From: Armatimonadota bacterium
Lineage (GTDB): Bacteria > Armatimonadota > UBA10988
Length of the DNA stretch: 64,000 nucleotides
Reading direction: 5' to 3'
Assembly: GCA_016235455.1 (NCBI GenBank)
Contig: JACRKZ010000130.1
Coordinates: 1-64,000 of the forward strand
The notes under the pieces are model-generated. The model searched no databases, had not been told where the DNA came from, and worked only from the letters and a program-made list of their open reading frames with translations. Of this stretch, positions 1-9,257 are shown piece by piece. Position 1 is the first letter of the stretch. The number at the start of each line of letters is the position of its first letter. Made by a program: the position numbers and the translations under genes.

Positions 1-1302
1 GGCCTTCACGCCGGCCACAGCCCGCGCCATCGACGCGCCGGCATTGGTCGTGCGCCAGTTGGCGATGTCCATGTAGCCCAGCAGCCACTCGTCGCCGCGG
101 GTCGGGTGCGGACCGAGCGTCCACAGGCAGGTGACCTCGACGCCGGTGCCGCGCCACGAGCCGTCGGGCTGGGCGGTGGTGTGCAGTTGCCGCCAGTTCG
201 CGCCGCCGTCGAGCGTCTCGCAGACCGAGCCCGACGTGCCGAACAGCAGCCGACCCGCATCGCGCGGATGCAGCGCCCAGCATTCAGGCACCGGGCCCCA
301 GCCGATGTAGCCCTGGTCCACGTTGGCTGGCGGGTGGGCCTTGTCGTGGTTGGTCAGCTTCCGCCAGTGCAGCCCGCCGTCGTCGCTGCCGAACACGCCG
401 GCATTGACCCAGGCGGCGCCGCTCACGTAGACATGGTCGGGCTTGGTCGGGTCGACCGCCAGGTGGTCGTACTGGCTGGTCAACATGCGGTTGCCGTCGC
501 CCTCCCTAGCCCACTGGTGCAAGCCCTCGACCCGCCGTTGCCAGCTCGTGCCGCCATCGTCCGAGCGCCACACACCGCCATCCAGCGGCGACTTGCCCGG
601 CGTACTCTCGACCGTGCAGTAAAGCACGTCAGGTCGCCCGGCGCAGGTCGCGACGAAGCGTGTCCGCTCGGCCGGCAGGCCGCCGCCCACCTTGGCCCAG
701 GCGGTGCCATCGGTCCGGTACAGCCCGCGGCTGGTGACCACGAGCAGGCCATCGGCGCGCGGCAGGATGTCCGAGACGATGGCATCGTCGGGCAGGCTGC
801 CGGCGGGGTTGAGCCGCGCCCAATGCTCACCGCCGTCGCGCGTCACCCACACCGCGCCCTGGCCCCACTTGTGCTCGCGCGGGCTGCCGATGCCGGCATA
901 AAGCGTGTCAGATGACTTGGGGTCCATGACCAGGCAGCCCAACGGCGCAGTGTAGCGATAGCGCTCGGTGGGCGGGAAGCCGGTCCGTTGTAGCCGCCAG
1001 GTGCGCCCGCCGTCGTCGCTGCGGTGCGGGCCGCTGAGCGTGGCCAGGTAGATCGTCTCGGGCCTGGTCGGGTGCGGCACGATGGCCTGGACGAACGGGT
1101 CACGCAGGCCGGTGTTGGCGATGGTCCAGCTCGCGCCGCCGTCGTCGCTGCGGTAGAACCCGCCCACATCGCAGCCCACGAACAGCGTGCGCGGGTTGTG
1201 CGGCGAGTAGGCCACCGACTGGATCCAGCCGCCACCGCCGGGGCCAACCAGGTGCCACGGTCCGGCGGCGGTGAGGGTCAGGCTGAGGAGCAGGGCGAGC
1301 AT
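1..1302 (-). CDS. Secreted BNR/Asp-box beta-propeller protein (GH74 xyloglucanase/VPS10-like), 3' end runs off window
   Basis: Not in ORF track (no stop in window). My translation from ATG 1302 (GGAG upstream): MLALLLSLTLTAAGPWHLVGPGGGGWIQSVAYSPHNPRTLFVGCDVGGFYRSDDGGASW..., signal peptide, GCDVGG motif and repeated S/TxDGGxxW Asp-boxes. Confidence 0.8.
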   Translation of the reverse strand, partial: MLALLLSLTLTAAGPWHLVGPGGGGWIQSVAYSPHNPRTLFVGCDVGGFYRSDDGGASWTIANTGLRDPFVQAIVPHPTRPETIYLATLSGPHRSDDGGRTWRLQRTGFPPTERYRYTAPLGCLVMDPKSSDTLYAGIGSPREHKWGQGAVWVTRDGGEHWARLNPAGSLPDDAIVSDILPRADGLLVVTSRGLYRTDGTAWAKVGGGLPAERTRFVATCAGRPDVLYCTVESTPGKSPLDGGVWRSDDGGTSWQRRVEGLHQWAREGDGNRMLTSQYDHLAVDPTKPDHVYVSGAAWVNAGVFGSDDGGLHWRKLTNHDKAHPPANVDQGYIGWGPVPECWALHPRDAGRLLFGTSGSVCETLDGGANWRQLHTTAQPDGSWRGTGVEVTCLWTLGPHPTRGDEWLLGYMDIANWRTTNAGASMARAVAGVKA

Positions 1303-1339
1303 GGGGGTCTCCGGTCAGCGGATTGGCCGGAGCCGGCCG

Positions 1340-1525
1340 CTACACCTCCTGCTCCCGCGCCTCAGCGCCCAAGTCGGCAGCGACGGCGAGGTAGTCGCGC
1401 ATGGCCTCGGCGATGCTGGCCAATGCCTCCTCTTCGGTGAGGCCCTGGGAATGGCAGCTCGGCAGGCCTGGCACTGACACGGCAGAGCCCTCCTCGGTCT
1501 GCTCTAGCGAGACTGCGTACTACAT
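1340..1525 (-). pseudogene. hicB: HicB-family antitoxin (short form), TAG at codon 2
   Basis: Reads ATG-TAG-TAC...: M*YAVSLEQTEEGSAVSVPGLPSCHSQGLTEEEALASIAEAMRDYL..., matching the HicB pattern VPxLPGCxSQGxTxEEAxxNIxEA; not in ORF track. Confidence 0.75.
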
Positions 1526-1584
1526 TGCGCGCTTCAGCTAGAGGATCAGCGTACGAACCGGTGGACCACATCGTGCCGCCGTGG

Positions 1585-2220
1585 CTACCAGTCATTGTAC
1601 TTGCCGGCCAGGATCAGCCTGGCGAGCTGCAGGTTCTGCGTCGCCTGCTGGTTCGTGGGCGGGCGGCGCTCCGCTGCTTGCAGATATGCGCTCACGCGGA
1701 GCTCGACCTCGTCGGCGAACCCGCACCACCAACTGCCCAGGCAGCCCAGCGCATGGGTCTGGGCCCACCCTTGGCTACCATGGAGCAGCAGCCAGCCCAT
1801 CAAGTCGAGCAGGGCCAGGCAGACGGATGCCATGGCGGGCTCATCGCGGCGTAGGCGGAAGTCGTCGAACTCCGACAGCGACGCCACCGCCGGTACCGCG
1901 GTGAACAAGGCTCGGAGCGCCACCACGCCCGCCACGCGGTCGTCCTCGGGCAGTTCCTCCATCGAGATCAGACTCGCGGTCTGCTTGACGAGGAAGGTGA
2001 ACCCGGCGGTCGCGAACTCCCAGCCGTAGTCGCTGACAAACTGCTCGGCATGTTCGAACACCTGGCGGCAGTAGGCCAGCGACTCGCGCGCCAGCGCTGG
2101 CTCCCTCGTCCACCAACGCAGCGGATCTTCGATGAAGGCCGACGCGTCGGCGCGGCAGAAGATGGCGTCGGTCCAGTCGCGGACCAGGTACGGCCAGATG
2201 CCCACCGTCTCGTCGCCCAT
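1585..2220 (-). CDS. Hypothetical protein (211 aa, predicted helical)
   Basis: ORF with protein-like composition (W/F/Y/E-rich) unlike the Arg/Ala/Pro-rich shadow ORFs; no recognised motif. Confidence 0.6.
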   Translation of the reverse strand: MGDETVGIWPYLVRDWTDAIFCRADASAFIEDPLRWWTREPALARESLAYCRQVFEHAEQFVSDYGWEFATAGFTFLVKQTASLISMEELPEDDRVAGVVALRALFTAVPAVASLSEFDDFRLRRDEPAMASVCLALLDLMGWLLLHGSQGWAQTHALGCLGSWWCGFADEVELRVSAYLQAAERRPPTNQQATQNLQLARLILAGKYNDW

Positions 2221-2397
2221 CGCGTTGGCTCCAGCCCAGCTTGCGCCAGTGTTCGTAGCGCGCCGGCGCTACCCTCCGTCGTCGTCTGTCGGCCGCAGCC
2301 TGAGCCGCGCCACACGATGAGCCGCACATCGCCGCCCGAGTATCGAGTGGCCATCACCGACGACGATGGCTACACTCGATCCAAAGGGGTCCTGGTC

Positions 2398-3636
2398 ATG
2401 GCACAGGGGATCGTGTTCGGGCCGGCCGGCGCGCGCGCGCGGCTCGCGGCGCTGGTCATCGCTGGTCTGGTCGCGGCTGTGGTGGCCCAGGAGCCGGGCG
2501 ACTGGGCGCGCGGCGCCGAAGTGGTCACCTCGGCCGAAGGCCCGGTGCACCTGGGGACTGACAACAAGACCTTCACCGTCAAGCTGCCGGGCGCCGTACC
2601 ACGCCTGAGCGTACGGAAGCTGCCCGAGGCTGACGAACTGGGTGTCATCGACGGCGAGTTCGTCGCCTACGGCTGGGGCGGCCGGTTCCTGATCGCGGTC
2701 ACCCAGGCCAGCCTCACCATCTGGGGCACGTCGCCCTGCAAGCTGGTGGCCACGCTGCCAGAGCCCAACCTCGATCGCTTCGCCTGGCTGCGGCTGAGTC
2801 CTGACGGCCGCATCCTGGCCACCAGCCACGAGGCGACCAAGGAGCCGACCACCAAGCTGTGGCAGGTGCCGACCGGCATCTTGCTGGGCACCGTGCGTGG
2901 CTGGCATCCCTGGTTCAGCGCCGACGGCCAGTATGTGCTGACCGACTCGGTGCCGACGAAGACGACCGACGAGCGAGTGCCGAACGACCAGCTGGTCTAC
3001 ACCGTGCGCGACCAGCGTCTGCTGCTGACGCTGCCCGGCCGTGCTCGGCGCGACGGCATGCGGGTCATGTCGCCCGACAGCACGCGCCTGGCCACCGGCC
3101 AGCCAGCGGTGGTCAACGGCAACCAGTTGGTCAGGCCGGCTCAGACGACCGTCTACCGTCTACCGGGCGGCGAGTTGCAGTCCACGGTGTTGGGTCTGCC
3201 ACTGCTGTTCGCCACGGACGGCAAGACACTCGTCACGGACGCGGCCAATCTGTGCCTGTTCGACCCGGACACGGGGAAGCTGCTCCGCAAGCTCGAAGCC
3301 GGCCCGCCAGCGTTCATCACCGAGACCGGCCTGCTGATCACCAGCGGACACCTCAACGGCCAGATGATCCTCGAAGGACACGACCTGCCATCGGGCGAGG
3401 TGCGCGGGCAATACACCGGGACGCGGAGCAGCGACAGCCAGTTCACCGCGTCGAAGTGGCTGCTGACCAACACCCTGGCCCAGAACTCCAAGCTATGGGT
3501 GTGGAACCTGGAGACGGGCAAGCTGTGCGTGGAGATACCCGGCATCCCCCAGGGCTTGAGCCTGGACGGCCAGTACGTGGTAGCCACCCCCAGCATGGCC
3601 AGTCAGCAGCACTTCATCTTGAGGCCCAAGCGCTAG
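2398..3636 (+). CDS. Secreted WD40/YVTN-like beta-propeller protein
   Basis: Start moved to ATG 2398 (AAAGGGG upstream); signal peptide; repeats LSPDGRILATS, FSADGQYV, MSPDSTRLAT, FATDGKTLVT, LWVWNLETGK. Confidence 0.75.
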   Translation: MAQGIVFGPAGARARLAALVIAGLVAAVVAQEPGDWARGAEVVTSAEGPVHLGTDNKTFTVKLPGAVPRLSVRKLPEADELGVIDGEFVAYGWGGRFLIAVTQASLTIWGTSPCKLVATLPEPNLDRFAWLRLSPDGRILATSHEATKEPTTKLWQVPTGILLGTVRGWHPWFSADGQYVLTDSVPTKTTDERVPNDQLVYTVRDQRLLLTLPGRARRDGMRVMSPDSTRLATGQPAVVNGNQLVRPAQTTVYRLPGGELQSTVLGLPLLFATDGKTLVTDAANLCLFDPDTGKLLRKLEAGPPAFITETGLLITSGHLNGQMILEGHDLPSGEVRGQYTGTRSSDSQFTASKWLLTNTLAQNSKLWVWNLETGKLCVEIPGIPQGLSLDGQYVVATPSMASQQHFILRPKR

Positions 3637-3727
3637 CTCCCGACACCCCTGAGCACGGCTCATCCGGGCCGCCGTTGACTCCCGGCCCGGCGCGGCCTAC
3701 GATCGTTTCGGCGCGGAGGCCCTACCC

Positions 3728-5992
3728 ATGCCCAGGTTGTGGCGGATCGTGGTGCCGTTGTTGGTGGTCATGCCGGCCCTGCTCATCCCTGCCCGGGCAC
3801 AGGAGCCTACGCCCTGGGTCGAGGGCAGCACGACGCTGGTTCTGCTGCCCGACACGCAGTGGTACACCGTGTCGAAACCACAGTCGTTCGAAGCCCAGAC
3901 GCGCTGGATCGTCGACCACCGTGCCGCGCGGAACATTGCCTACGTGCTGCACATGGGCGACGTCACCGAGCACGACCGGCCGGCGGAGTGGGACATCGCC
4001 CAGCGCGCCCTGGGGGCGCTCGACGGGCTGGTGCCCTACACGCTGACAACGGGCAACCACGACTACACGGGTGGCGGGCGCGAGACACGACTCAACAGCA
4101 CCTTCCCCACCGCTGCCTTCCAGCCCTGGCCAACCTTCGGCGGCACGTTCGAGGACGCGCGTCTGGAGAACAACTACCATCTCTTTCAGATGGCTGGCCG
4201 GCGCTGGCTGATTCTCAACCTGGAGTTCGCGCCGCGCGATGCGACCATCGCCTGGGCGGACCGCATCCTGACCCAGTACGCTGACCGCCTGGCGATCATC
4301 TGCACGCACGCCTATCTGTTCCGCGACAACACGCGTTTCGACCATACCAAGGGCGAGCAACGCGCGAACCCTCACGGCTACGGCGGCGATGGGAACGATG
4401 GCGAGCAGCTCTGGCAGAAGCTGGTCAGCCGCCACGCGGGGGTGATGATGGTGGTCTGCGGCCATGTGCGCACTGGCGGCGTGGCCTACTTGGCCAGCGA
4501 CGGGCAACACGGCAACCTGGTGCACCAGATCCTCAACGACTACGAGGCCATCGGGGGCAATGGTCGAGGTTACCTGCGGCTGCTGGAGTTCAGGCCCGAC
4601 GGGCGCACCGTGCAGGTCAAGGCCTACTCGCCGGTCCTCGACCGCTACCTGACCGACGCGCCCAACCAGTACAGCCTGACGCTGCGCGAGGCGCCGGCCA
4701 CCGCGGCCGGTGCGCTGGGTCCGGCCGGTGCAACGCCGCCCGTGCCGACGGCCCAGGCCGAACGACTGGACGACGGCCGCTGGAACAAGGTCAACGTGCG
4801 CACCGTGGCCGATGTGGCCAAGGAGCGCCCAGTCCCGCCGGTGCTCAGCCAGTATGGCGGCCTGGCTTCGGGCCCGCGTCTGCGCGCGAGCGGCTTCTTC
4901 CACACGGAGCGCGTCGGTCAGAGCTGGACGCTTGTCGATCCCGAAGGTTGGCCGTTTGTCTCGGTCGGGCTCTGCTCGGTCCACGCGGGGGCCTTTGCGC
5001 CCAGCCTGGTGCAGACCCGGTTCGGCGGCCTGAGCGGCTGGGCCGACCAGACGGTGCGCTACCTCAAGGAGTGCGGGTTCAACACGTTGGGCCGCTGGTC
5101 GGACGTGGCCACGCTGAAGCAGGCCAAGGAACGGCTGGCGTGGTGCACGACGATCAGCTTCATGAACGCCTACGACAACCAGCGTCCGCTGGGCACCGGG
5201 CCGCGCCAGTTCGCCGAACAAACCATCCCCGTGTTCGACGCGGAGTTCCCCGCCTTTTGTGACAAGCTGGCCACTGCCCTGGAGGCGACCCGGGATGATC
5301 CCTGGCTGTTGGGCCATCTGTCGGACAACGAACTGCCGTTCCGGCCTGACGGCCTGAGCTGCTATTTGCGCCTGCCTGCCAGCGACCCCGGCCACCAGGC
5401 CGCCGACGCCTGGCTGAAGGCTCACGACAGGCGCGCGGACAACGTGACCGACGCCGACCAGCTGGCCTTCATCGCGACGGTCGCCGAGCGCTACTACACG
5501 GTCGTCGGCCAGGCCATCCGGCGGCACGACCCGAACCATCTCTACCTCGGCAGCCGGCTCAATGGCCGCAACATCAACGACGGCACGCTCCGCGGCAGCC
5601 ATCCGGTCGATGTGGTCAGCATCAACATGTACCACCACTGGGACAACGACGACGCACAGATGGACCGCTGGGCCGAGCTGTCGGGGCGGCCCATCCTCAA
5701 CTCCGAGTGGTACGCCATGAGCCTGGTCTCCGAGAAGGTGGCGACCAACGGCGCGGGCTACCGCGTCCGCAGCCAACGCGACCGTGGGCTGTTCTACCAG
5801 AACCTGTGCCTCGGCATGTTGGGCAACCGGAACTGCGTCGGCTGGCACTGGTTCAAGTACAGTGGCGACGATGACAACAGCTCGCGCGGGTTCGTGGACC
5901 GCGCCTTCGAGCCGCACCGCGAGATGATCGACCTGATGCAGGATCTGAACACGCGCGTCTACGCGCTGCGCGCCTTGCTGCGCGCCGACTGA
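3728..5992 (+). CDS. Secreted fusion: calcineurin-like metallophosphoesterase + GH50/agarase-like glycoside hydrolase
   Basis: N-half PDTQ, MGDVT, GNHD, HAYL, CGH; C-half SGFFHTE..LVDPEG, GFNTLGRWS, DDPWLLGHLSDNELPF, DPNHLYLGSR, RPILNSEW, VGWHWFKY. Confidence 0.8.
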   Translation: MPRLWRIVVPLLVVMPALLIPARAQEPTPWVEGSTTLVLLPDTQWYTVSKPQSFEAQTRWIVDHRAARNIAYVLHMGDVTEHDRPAEWDIAQRALGALDGLVPYTLTTGNHDYTGGGRETRLNSTFPTAAFQPWPTFGGTFEDARLENNYHLFQMAGRRWLILNLEFAPRDATIAWADRILTQYADRLAIICTHAYLFRDNTRFDHTKGEQRANPHGYGGDGNDGEQLWQKLVSRHAGVMMVVCGHVRTGGVAYLASDGQHGNLVHQILNDYEAIGGNGRGYLRLLEFRPDGRTVQVKAYSPVLDRYLTDAPNQYSLTLREAPATAAGALGPAGATPPVPTAQAERLDDGRWNKVNVRTVADVAKERPVPPVLSQYGGLASGPRLRASGFFHTERVGQSWTLVDPEGWPFVSVGLCSVHAGAFAPSLVQTRFGGLSGWADQTVRYLKECGFNTLGRWSDVATLKQAKERLAWCTTISFMNAYDNQRPLGTGPRQFAEQTIPVFDAEFPAFCDKLATALEATRDDPWLLGHLSDNELPFRPDGLSCYLRLPASDPGHQAADAWLKAHDRRADNVTDADQLAFIATVAERYYTVVGQAIRRHDPNHLYLGSRLNGRNINDGTLRGSHPVDVVSINMYHHWDNDDAQMDRWAELSGRPILNSEWYAMSLVSEKVATNGAGYRVRSQRDRGLFYQNLCLGMLGNRNCVGWHWFKYSGDDDNSSRGFVDRAFEPHREMIDLMQDLNTRVYALRALLRAD

Positions 5993-6055
5993 ACCGCGGC
6001 GGCGACTGGCTCTGCCCTGGTCGCGGAGTACAATGCGCTGCGCGGGAGCAGACGT

Positions 6056-7084
6056 ATGCAGTACCTACCCCTGGGCCAGACCGGCCTGACCGTCTCCGAA
6101 GTGGGCTTCGGCGGCATCCCCATCATCCGCCTGACCAGCGACGACGCGCAGCGCGTGGTGCGCTGTGCCTTCGACCGCGGCATCACCTTCTTTGACACGG
6201 CCAATGCCTACCACGACAGCGAAGACAAGATTGGCCGGACCCTGGGCGGGTTGCGCGATCAGGTGGTGCTGGCCTCCAAGACCATGCGCCGCACGTCCGA
6301 CGAGGCATTGGCGCAGTTGGAGCAGTCGCTGCGCATGCTGCGCACCGACCACCTCGACCTCTATCAGCCGCACCAGGTGTCGCAGGAGGCGGACTGGGAG
6401 GCGTTGACGCGGCCCGGCGGCATCGCCGACACGCTGCTGGCCGCCAAGGAGCAGGGCAAGATCCGCTGCCTGGGCGTCACTTCGCACAGCCTGGACATGG
6501 CGCTGCGGCTGGTGGAGAGCGGGCTGTTTGGCACCATCCAGTTCCCGTTCAACTTCATCGAGACCGATGCCGCGGAGCGGCTGCATCCCGCCGCGCGCCA
6601 GCGGGGCATGGGCATCATCGTCATGAAACCGTTTGCCGGCGGGGTCATCGCCGATGCGGATCAGGCCTTCCGGTTCTTGCGGCAGTATCCCGATGCCATC
6701 CCCATCCCGGGTCTGGACAGCGTGGCCGGCGTGGAGCAGGTGACCGGCTTCTATGAGCAGCCGAACCAGGTCAATGATGCCGACCGCGCCGAGTGGGCAC
6801 GCGTGGCCGCCGAGGTGGGTAGTGTGTTCTGCCGGCGCTGCGAGTACTGCCAACCGTGCCCCAACGGCGTGCTGATCACGCCCGCCATGGGCTATCCCAT
6901 CATCGCCAGCCGCATGTCGACCGACGTGGCCGTCAACTTCGCGCGTCGCGCCATGGAGACCGTGCCCGACTGCGTGGCCTGCGGCGAGTGCCTGCCGCGC
7001 TGCCCGTATGAGCTGGCGATCCCCGATATCCTGCGGCGCAACTACGCGCTCTACCAGGAGCACTGCCGGCAGGTCGCCGGCTAG
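6056..7084 (+). CDS. Aldo/keto reductase with C-terminal 4Fe-4S dicluster domain
   Basis: LGQTGLTVSEVGFGG, FDTANAY, ASK, DLYQPH; C-terminal CRRCEYCQPCP and CVACGECLPRCP. TACAAT at 6029-6034 upstream. Confidence 0.9.
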   Translation: MQYLPLGQTGLTVSEVGFGGIPIIRLTSDDAQRVVRCAFDRGITFFDTANAYHDSEDKIGRTLGGLRDQVVLASKTMRRTSDEALAQLEQSLRMLRTDHLDLYQPHQVSQEADWEALTRPGGIADTLLAAKEQGKIRCLGVTSHSLDMALRLVESGLFGTIQFPFNFIETDAAERLHPAARQRGMGIIVMKPFAGGVIADADQAFRFLRQYPDAIPIPGLDSVAGVEQVTGFYEQPNQVNDADRAEWARVAAEVGSVFCRRCEYCQPCPNGVLITPAMGYPIIASRMSTDVAVNFARRAMETVPDCVACGECLPRCPYELAIPDILRRNYALYQEHCRQVAG

Positions 7085-7563
7085 AGCCGCTTGTCATAGA
7101 ACAGCGCGCCACCGCCCGGTCCGTCGGCATAGGCGTGGCCGAAACCCGCCGCGGCGTAGACGGCCTTGGCGCGGTGGTTGTGCTCCATCACTTCCAGCGT
7201 GACCTTACAGCAGCCCAGTTCGCGGGCCCTGGCCTCCACCGCGGCCAGCAGCTCGCGGCCCAGGCCCAGCCCGCGGTACTCGGGCCGCACGGCCAGGTCG
7301 TGGATGTTGACCAGTGGCCTGGCGGCAAACGTCGAGAAGCCCAGGAAGCAGGTGGCCAGGCCGGCCGGCTCGCCGTCCGCATAGGCCAGCAGGATGAGGG
7401 TGGTCGGCATGAACCGCAGACCCTCGATGAGCTGCTCGGCGGCCTCGGGCGCCAACGGCTGGCCGCTGCCCATGGGGTCGCGCGCGTAGGCGTCGGTCAG
7501 CATGAGTACATGGTGTTGGTGGTCGGGCCGGCTCAGATCGGCCTCGACGATGACTACGGGCAT
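7081..7563 (-). CDS. GNAT family N-acetyltransferase
   Basis: True start MPVVIVEADL at 7563; NIHDLAVRPEYRGLGLGRELL acetyl-CoA motif, KVTLEV..N..A..Y...GF. Stop overlaps the convergent AKR stop (CTAG). Confidence 0.9.
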   Translation of the reverse strand: MPVVIVEADLSRPDHQHHVLMLTDAYARDPMGSGQPLAPEAAEQLIEGLRFMPTTLILLAYADGEPAGLATCFLGFSTFAARPLVNIHDLAVRPEYRGLGLGRELLAAVEARARELGCCKVTLEVMEHNHRAKAVYAAAGFGHAYADGPGGGALFYDKRL

Positions 7564-7574
7564 GGGGTACGTCC

Positions 7575-8765
7575 TCAGGGCAACAGCTTGCCGACGACCA
7601 GGATCTGGCCGGCATAGTAGGACTGCCCGGCGGGCAGGTCCTTGACGGTGAACACGGCGGTGTGCGGGCCGGGCGGCAGCTCGGGCAGGTAGAAGAACCG
7701 CGCGTACTTGCGGATCGCCTCGGTCTGCGGGCGTGCGAAGGCCTTGGCCGGGCCGCCGTCCACGGACACTTCGATGTTGCTGGGCTGGCCATAGGGGATG
7801 TCGCTGAGCCCGACGGTGGTGCCGTCGAACTTCACCGTGATGGTCTCGCCGGCCTTGTCGCACTTTGCCGCGCCGCGCAGCATGGCGTCGGTCCGGCCGA
7901 AGTCGTCGCGATAGACGGGGTCGGCGGTGCGGTCGACGGGCTGCCAGCCGGCGCTGCGGGTCTGCCGGTCGGCGGGCAGCAACTCGGCGGTCTCCCAGGG
8001 ATGCGCGCCCAGCGGCGCGATGAGCTCGTGCGGCCCGGGCTGGCCAACGCCCTGCATCTTGAGGATCGAGCGCGCGATGACCTCGCGGTAGATCTCGTGG
8101 CCACCGTCGCCGGGATGCACGCCATCGCCCGAGAAGACGAGCTTGCCGGGCACCGGCGCGGGCGCCTGGAAGATGACGCTGCCGTCCTTGACGCGTTGCG
8201 CCACTTCGGGTGCCAGATCGATGCTGGGGATGCCATAGGCGTTGGCGATGGTCTCCATGATGGGTGTGAACCACGGCGCCTTGCCGTTCTGCACGTCGGT
8301 GATCATCCAGTGGCCGACGGTGTAGACGAAGCAGATATCGCAGCGCGGACTGTCGCGCCAGACCTGGCGCACCACACCCTCGACCGACGGCTGCTCATAG
8401 CCACCACCGCCGTTGACGCGACACTCCAGGAACACCAGATCCGGCTTCTGCGCCAGCACATCGCCCTTGACCCGGCAGGCGCTGTAGTCGGAGCCGGTGC
8501 CGGAGATGGCGGCGTTGATCTCCTCCACCTTGGCCGTGGGGAACTGCGCGCGGAACCAGGCCAACGTCTTGGGCCGCCAGCCGGCGGCGGCGGTGATGCT
8601 GCCGCCGAGGTAGGCGACGCTGACCGTCTCGCCGGCGGTCAGCTTGGCCAGGACGTTGGGCAGGCCGTCGCGGACGCGGCATTCTTCGGGGACGTTGGGT
8701 GGGAAGGTGTAGGGCGCGGCTTGAAGGGCGGCGGCGAGGAGGAGGGCGGGACAGGCAAGCATCAT
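7575..8765 (-). CDS. Secreted SGNH/GDSL hydrolase (carbohydrate esterase-like)
   Basis: YLGGSIT block I, NAAISGTGS block II, DLVFLECRVN block III, DGVHP block V; start at ATG 8765 after GGAG. Confidence 0.85.
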   Translation of the reverse strand: MMLACPALLLAAALQAAPYTFPPNVPEECRVRDGLPNVLAKLTAGETVSVAYLGGSITAAAGWRPKTLAWFRAQFPTAKVEEINAAISGTGSDYSACRVKGDVLAQKPDLVFLECRVNGGGGYEQPSVEGVVRQVWRDSPRCDICFVYTVGHWMITDVQNGKAPWFTPIMETIANAYGIPSIDLAPEVAQRVKDGSVIFQAPAPVPGKLVFSGDGVHPGDGGHEIYREVIARSILKMQGVGQPGPHELIAPLGAHPWETAELLPADRQTRSAGWQPVDRTADPVYRDDFGRTDAMLRGAAKCDKAGETITVKFDGTTVGLSDIPYGQPSNIEVSVDGGPAKAFARPQTEAIRKYARFFYLPELPPGPHTAVFTVKDLPAGQSYYAGQILVVGKLLP

Positions 8766-8891
8766 CAGGCAACTCCACGCATAGAGTACCCAACGCGTGG
8801 TCGCTCCGCAACGCCCGCGACAACTCGCATGCCACAGGGCTCGGGACGCTTGCTGGATTGGCGTCAAGGAGAGGTCGCGACTCCAGGCGAT

Positions 8892-9257
8892 CTACGCCGC
8901 GGCGGACACGTCGCTTGCGGCCGGCGCCTGGCGCAGCGCCTGGGCCTGCGCCAGCACCTGCCTTAGTTCGTCGTCGATCGGCGGCGGCGGGTCACCGGCC
9001 AAGCCCTCGCAAGCCAGCTTCTCAGCCAGCCTGGCGTTGCCGCAGTCCAGGGCGAGCGTGGCAGCGCTGCGACAGAGCACGCTGTGCGTCGGTTCGACGC
9101 GGTGGGGCAACGGCAACGGCCTCAGCGCCTGCACCTCGAGCCCAAGCGCCCGGCTGAACAGGTCGGCCGCCTCTTCGCTACGCCCAGCAGACTGGGCGAG
9201 CACTGCCTTGGACGCGTGTGCCATGGCTTCGCTATGTAGCTGCCTTGGGGTACTCAT
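8892..9257 (-). CDS. Small alpha-helical hypothetical protein (121 aa), partner of upstream gene
   Basis: ATGA overlap with upstream ORF; helical-hairpin/TPR-like pattern LHSEAM..A...LFSRALGLE...EPTHSVLCRSAATLALDCG...AEKL..EGLAGDPP. Confidence 0.8.
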   Translation of the reverse strand: MSTPRQLHSEAMAHASKAVLAQSAGRSEEAADLFSRALGLEVQALRPLPLPHRVEPTHSVLCRSAATLALDCGNARLAEKLACEGLAGDPPPPIDDELRQVLAQAQALRQAPAASDVSAAA

